NCBI GenBank assembly: GCA_964016885.1
Contig: OZ024759.1
Location: 6,696,001 to 6,760,000 of the forward strand
Direction of reading: 5' to 3'
Length of the DNA stretch: 64,000 nt
Source: Eledone cirrhosa
Taxonomy: Eukaryota
Both the position numbers and the translations under genes were made by a program. The notes beneath the pieces are model-generated. The model saw only the letters and a list, made by a program, of their open reading frames with translations, was not told where the DNA came from and made no database searches. Shown here piece by piece: positions 59,264-64,000 of the stretch (positions are counted from its first letter, which is position 1; each line of letters opens with the position of its first letter).

Positions 59264-62200
59264 ATAAAAAACCTCGCAAAACTAATTCATCGCCGCTATG
59301 GCATTAGCTTGTGCCAAGCTGAAAGGTTATTGAAAGACACTGTTTTCTGTTATATAAAAACTACAATAACAACAGAACAAATCCGCTTCTTAAAACACTG
59401 TGTTTCCTCCAAAACATACACAACAAACATATCAAAACAAGTAAATAATTTATTATTGAACAAAACACAAGCTGAACGGCTAAAACACACAATAACAGTT
59501 AATATGATAAGAACAACATACACAAAAGTCAACGCACTCTACAGACAAAAACGCATCAACGGTAAGGAAATCCGAAATCTCATCACAGCAAACGAGAGAG
59601 ATGACTTCATGAGCGTCATCCGACGCGAAACGAAATATGCTCAAAACGAATGCTGTAGGCATTTCAAGAAGAAATTAGAATGGATGAATAAGAAAAAACT
59701 ACAAGAAAGGAAAATCGAATATTCTCAAAAATACCCAGATAACATCGACAACATCCGTATGAGTGATGTAAAACTACCGGAAGAATTTACCAATGACCAC
59801 ACAGTAAATATCTATGGGAACACTTTAATCAGTGAACAAGAACAACAAATCCTAAAGTTACCACCAAAATTTGCCATCTACAAAAAGATTAATCCTATGG
59901 AATGCAAAACGGAGCTGGAAAAGTGTTTCACAAAAATACGTTGGAATGCAAAGGTAAACAACAACAACAATAATAACGGTAGTAGTAATATAAACAATAA
60001 CTCTGGGTATAGAAATAACAGCCATAACCATAACAATGGCAGGAAAGTGAGAAATAGTGATAATGGTAATAATACTAGCGATAGACAGAACAACAACAAC
60101 CACAATAATAATAATAATAGAAACGTTAACCACAGACACAGCAACAGTGACCACAGTAGTAATAACGGTAACAATACGAACAACAACAACAACAATAACC
60201 ACAGTGGTAATAATGGAAATAGTACATGTAGCAACATCAACAAAAACAAGAAACATAATAATAGTAACAACCACAATGGTAGAAATAGCAGTAACAACAA
60301 CAACAATAACGGTGAAGTAAACAACAATACATCTAGCAATCATAACAATAATAATATTAATGCTAAGGATAGAAACAACAACAACCACCATGATAACAAT
60401 AATAGCAACACACACAACTATGACGATAGAAATAACGACAACCCCTTAGAGAAACTATTTTTCAACCCAGCTGACAAAACATATAAGATGGGTAATATCT
60501 ATCCTACGAGGTTACCCTTTAATAAAAGAGTTTGCATACCACAACAAATAGATGACGAGACGGAGGCACAGTTCACCATAGCTAGAAATAAGATTAGACA
60601 AGTAGTAGACAGGTACACTATGAGACAGAGCAGACCAGAGGCCCAACAACTTGGGATAAAACCTGTAGAAGGCTTGGTTAGCCTCAAGCAGCGCACAAGG
60701 GATGGTGAGGTAGTGTGTCTACCCACAGATAAGTCTGGTAGGATGTCAATAGATAGCATGCCGAACTACATCGAGGCAATGCAACCCCACATCACCAACA
60801 CGAGCGAAGTTGCACAACTAACACACGATGGGAGAGAAAAAATCCTCAACGCTCACATGATGATGTGGACTGACATCCTAAAGCCAAGCAGACGCACTGC
60901 CAACAACTTCCAGGCGTCTAACAATGGCATACCACCCTTGTATGGGCTCCGCAAAGACCACAAGACAGTCGACGACCCGACAATAGGACCACCAACAAGA
61001 CCTGTATGCGGAGCTAATATAGCTAGCAACTACAGGATCTCCTACTTCCTCTCAATGGTTATACGCCCCATAATCAAGATGTCCCCAGATGTATGTGAAA
61101 GTACAGAGGACCTCCTCAGCAGAATCAGTGAGTGCAACAAAAACAGGAGCCTATCCAACTGCATAATAGGCAGCATGGATGTGGTGTCACTGTACCCATC
61201 CATTAACATTGATTTTGCTGTGAAAAGATGTGTGGAGATGATCATTGAGAGTGAGGTGGAGTTCTGCGACGTCGACACAGACGAACTGGGCCTCCTACTT
61301 AGACTTACCTACGACACTGACTACCTAGACAGCCATGACCTTAGATGTTTCTGCCCTAGTAGACCTATAAGAGGTAGACCCCCCACCATAACCTCAATGG
61401 CTAAAAAGACTCCCATAGGAAGGTGGATTGGGTGGACCAAAGCTATACGGACCCCCCAAAACACTGATCAGGTAAGAAAAATGGTCGCACATGCAATAGG
61501 GGCTAGTATCAAAACTACCCTAAAGGGCCACATATTTAAGTTCAATGAGAAAATCTACACCCAAAATGAGGGAGCAGCCATCGGCGTCAGCATAGCTGGC
61601 GATGTTGCCAACCTTTTCATGGTATGGTGGGAAAGGAGACTTAAAGATCTCCTTAATGAAAGCTCCATAGACCTCATCATGTACTCTCGTTATGTAGACG
61701 ATATCAATATAGTTATAAGAACACCCCCACTAGAGAGCACTAACAAGTTTGATTTAGAACGTAGCACGATGGAAAGCATCCAGCAGATAGCTAATTCCAT
61801 ACACCAGAGTATAACTGTAACTATAGACTTCCCTTCCAAACACCCTAACAATAGACTACCTGTATTAGACACAGAACTCTGGATTAACACTATAGACGAG
61901 AGAGCCCAAATTCTCCACTCACACTATGCTAAACCCATGGCCTCCAAATACCTGATACTCAAAAACTCAGCAATGTCCAGTAGTGCTAAGTTTAATATTC
62001 TGATCGCAGATTTGGTACGAGTGATGAAGAATGTGTCCAGCATGTGCGACCCAACAGAAATGGAAGGACACATCCAACACTTCATCAACCGCATGCAGTT
62101 CTCTGGCTACAACCAAAGAGACAGAGTCAGAGTATACGAAGGAGCCATGGAAAAGTATAAGACCCTCATAGAACTGGACATGAAAGGAATTTGCCCACTA

Positions 62201-62848
62201 TACAGGAGCAAATCATGGAATAGCTTAGATAGGGCTAGACATAAGATAGGGAAGGCCACATCATGGTACGACAACCAGAGATATCAGAGTGTCATGTTTG
62301 TGGACGCCACCCCTGGAGGGAAATTAGCTAACCAGTGTAGAAAGGCCCTGAGAAAGACCCACTTAAAAATAAAGGTGGTAGAAAAGCCAGGAACCACCAT
62401 AAAATCCCTGATCAGCAAAACCTACCCTTTTAAGAAAACCCACTGTACCAATAGGAAATGTATCATATGTAAGGTGAACCCCCGGATAAACTGTAAAACT
62501 AGAAACGTAGTCTATAGCATAAGATGTACAGAGGGTACTTGCAGAAACACGACAACAACATACATAGGTGAGACAGCTCGTAGCATAGGTGAAAGGATAG
62601 ACCAACACTGGGGGGAACTAAAAGGACGAAAAAACGGGTCAGTACTATACGAACATGCTAGACAACATCATGACGGTAACATAGACAACATAGAAATTAG
62701 AATAATATCTAAACATAGGAATGACCCAGCAGATAGGCAAATCAGAGAGGCCAGTGAAATAGAAATTAGAAGACCAAAGCTAAACAGAAAGAATGAGTGG
62801 AACAACAACAACACCCAAACAAACAACACTGACCTAAGAGAAGTATAA
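59264..62848 (+). CDS. PLE polyprotein (N-terminal domain, Asn-rich insert, RT, GIY-YIG); true start lies in the pLTR
   Basis: PTDKSGR, YGLRKDHK, SMDVVSLYPSI, GAAIG..ANLFM, RYVDD, LPVLD, VVYSIRC..YIGETARS..R..H..E..LN. The GTG start at 59249 comes from the inversion junction. Confidence 0.92.
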   Translation: MKNLAKLIHRRYGISLCQAERLLKDTVFCYIKTTITTEQIRFLKHCVSSKTYTTNISKQVNNLLLNKTQAERLKHTITVNMIRTTYTKVNALYRQKRINGKEIRNLITANERDDFMSVIRRETKYAQNECCRHFKKKLEWMNKKKLQERKIEYSQKYPDNIDNIRMSDVKLPEEFTNDHTVNIYGNTLISEQEQQILKLPPKFAIYKKINPMECKTELEKCFTKIRWNAKVNNNNNNNGSSNINNNSGYRNNSHNHNNGRKVRNSDNGNNTSDRQNNNNHNNNNNRNVNHRHSNSDHSSNNGNNTNNNNNNNHSGNNGNSTCSNINKNKKHNNSNNHNGRNSSNNNNNNGEVNNNTSSNHNNNNINAKDRNNNNHHDNNNSNTHNYDDRNNDNPLEKLFFNPADKTYKMGNIYPTRLPFNKRVCIPQQIDDETEAQFTIARNKIRQVVDRYTMRQSRPEAQQLGIKPVEGLVSLKQRTRDGEVVCLPTDKSGRMSIDSMPNYIEAMQPHITNTSEVAQLTHDGREKILNAHMMMWTDILKPSRRTANNFQASNNGIPPLYGLRKDHKTVDDPTIGPPTRPVCGANIASNYRISYFLSMVIRPIIKMSPDVCESTEDLLSRISECNKNRSLSNCIIGSMDVVSLYPSINIDFAVKRCVEMIIESEVEFCDVDTDELGLLLRLTYDTDYLDSHDLRCFCPSRPIRGRPPTITSMAKKTPIGRWIGWTKAIRTPQNTDQVRKMVAHAIGASIKTTLKGHIFKFNEKIYTQNEGAAIGVSIAGDVANLFMVWWERRLKDLLNESSIDLIMYSRYVDDINIVIRTPPLESTNKFDLERSTMESIQQIANSIHQSITVTIDFPSKHPNNRLPVLDTELWINTIDERAQILHSHYAKPMASKYLILKNSAMSSSAKFNILIADLVRVMKNVSSMCDPTEMEGHIQHFINRMQFSGYNQRDRVRVYEGAMEKYKTLIELDMKGICPLYRSKSWNSLDRARHKIGKATSWYDNQRYQSVMFVDATPGGKLANQCRKALRKTHLKIKVVEKPGTTIKSLISKTYPFKKTHCTNRKCIICKVNPRINCKTRNVVYSIRCTEGTCRNTTTTYIGETARSIGERIDQHWGELKGRKNGSVLYEHARQHHDGNIDNIEIRIISKHRNDPADRQIREASEIEIRRPKLNRKNEWNNNNTQTNNTDLREV

Positions 62849-63371
62849 ATAAATAAGTAAATTAAATTAAATAAAATAAGATAAATAAATACATACACAA
62901 GCACATAAACACACACTAGTCACCCAGCAGACACAACACTATACACACTAGTCACACATCACACATAACACTATACACACACGCAAACGCATGCGCAAAG
63001 AATAAAATAAGATAAACAAACAAGCAAATAAATAAATAAATAAATATATAGACAGACTGAACAAAAAAAATGGCGTAGACATACAACACAACAGGAGGAA
63101 CAATGAATATAACACCACTGACGATGTTGCAGATGTGCAACGAAAGATTTATGTAAACTATATATATATGTGTTTGTCTATATTGTATCTGTATTATTTT
63201 TGACCGCCGGTCAGTCAATGGCAACATTGAGGACCGAGTAAGTTAGATCGCAGATATATATATATAAAAGACAGCGAGAAGCGAAAACCAACCAAACAGT
63301 GAGTGTGTTCTGTTATTAATTCTGGCAATATTACGCAAATATGACCCTCCCCAAATATAACAATATGTATA

Positions 63372-63457
<86 letters not shown>

Positions 63458-63462
63458 TATAC

Positions 63463-63511
<49 letters not shown>

Positions 63512-63546
63512 TATATACATATATATATATATATAATTATATATAC

Positions 63547-63595
<49 letters not shown>

Positions 63596-63647
63596 TATAT
63601 ATATGTATGTATGTATATAATTATATATATATATATATATATATAAT

Positions 63648-63800
<153 letters not shown>

Positions 63801-63811
63801 ATTATATATAC

Positions 63812-63879
<68 letters not shown>

Positions 63880-64000
63880 CGAAGGAAATGTGGTAAGGAA
63901 CCAGATGGACCATAACGCACCTAAGTACTCAATACTTAGGGGAGTAGAGTGGGTAATAGGAACGAGTAGGTCCACTCATTATTTAGAAGAAAAGGGCGGT

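Larger units (their letters stand above)
57752..63366 (+). mobile_element. Near full-length Penelope-like element with a 1.5-kb inverted arm, in (TA)n
   Basis: 57805-59263 is the reverse complement of 61908-63366. HHR-like CTGACGA t GTTGCA gatg TGCAAC GAAA at about 63117. Confidence 0.93.

Overview
Gene-poor, repeat-saturated animal genomic DNA. The SINE families suggest a cephalopod such as Octopus (inference). No host protein-coding gene can be supported. The window is a nest of retroelements inserted into microsatellites. (1) A near-perfect tandem array of a 466-bp unit (7291-14034, about 14.5 copies) sits in (TA)n. Each unit carries a minimal type I hammerhead ribozyme (HHR) and many hairpins, which makes it a candidate large non-LTR retrozyme (circular RNA element). 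(2) Two Penelope-like elements (PLEs) have uninterrupted RT + GIY-YIG ORFs (19844-22165 and 59264-62848). About 15 more truncated, fold-back PLE-type insertions are present, nearly all in (TA)n and mostly HHR-bearing. (3) Decayed R4/Dong-type non-LTR elements sit in (CATA)n. (4) There are also RTE, CRE-like and Tx1/L1-like fragments, tRNA-derived SINEs, and minisatellites amplified from inside retroelements. Most ORF-track entries are translations of simple repeats. Family and clade calls rest on motif recognition by eye; no search or folding program was run.
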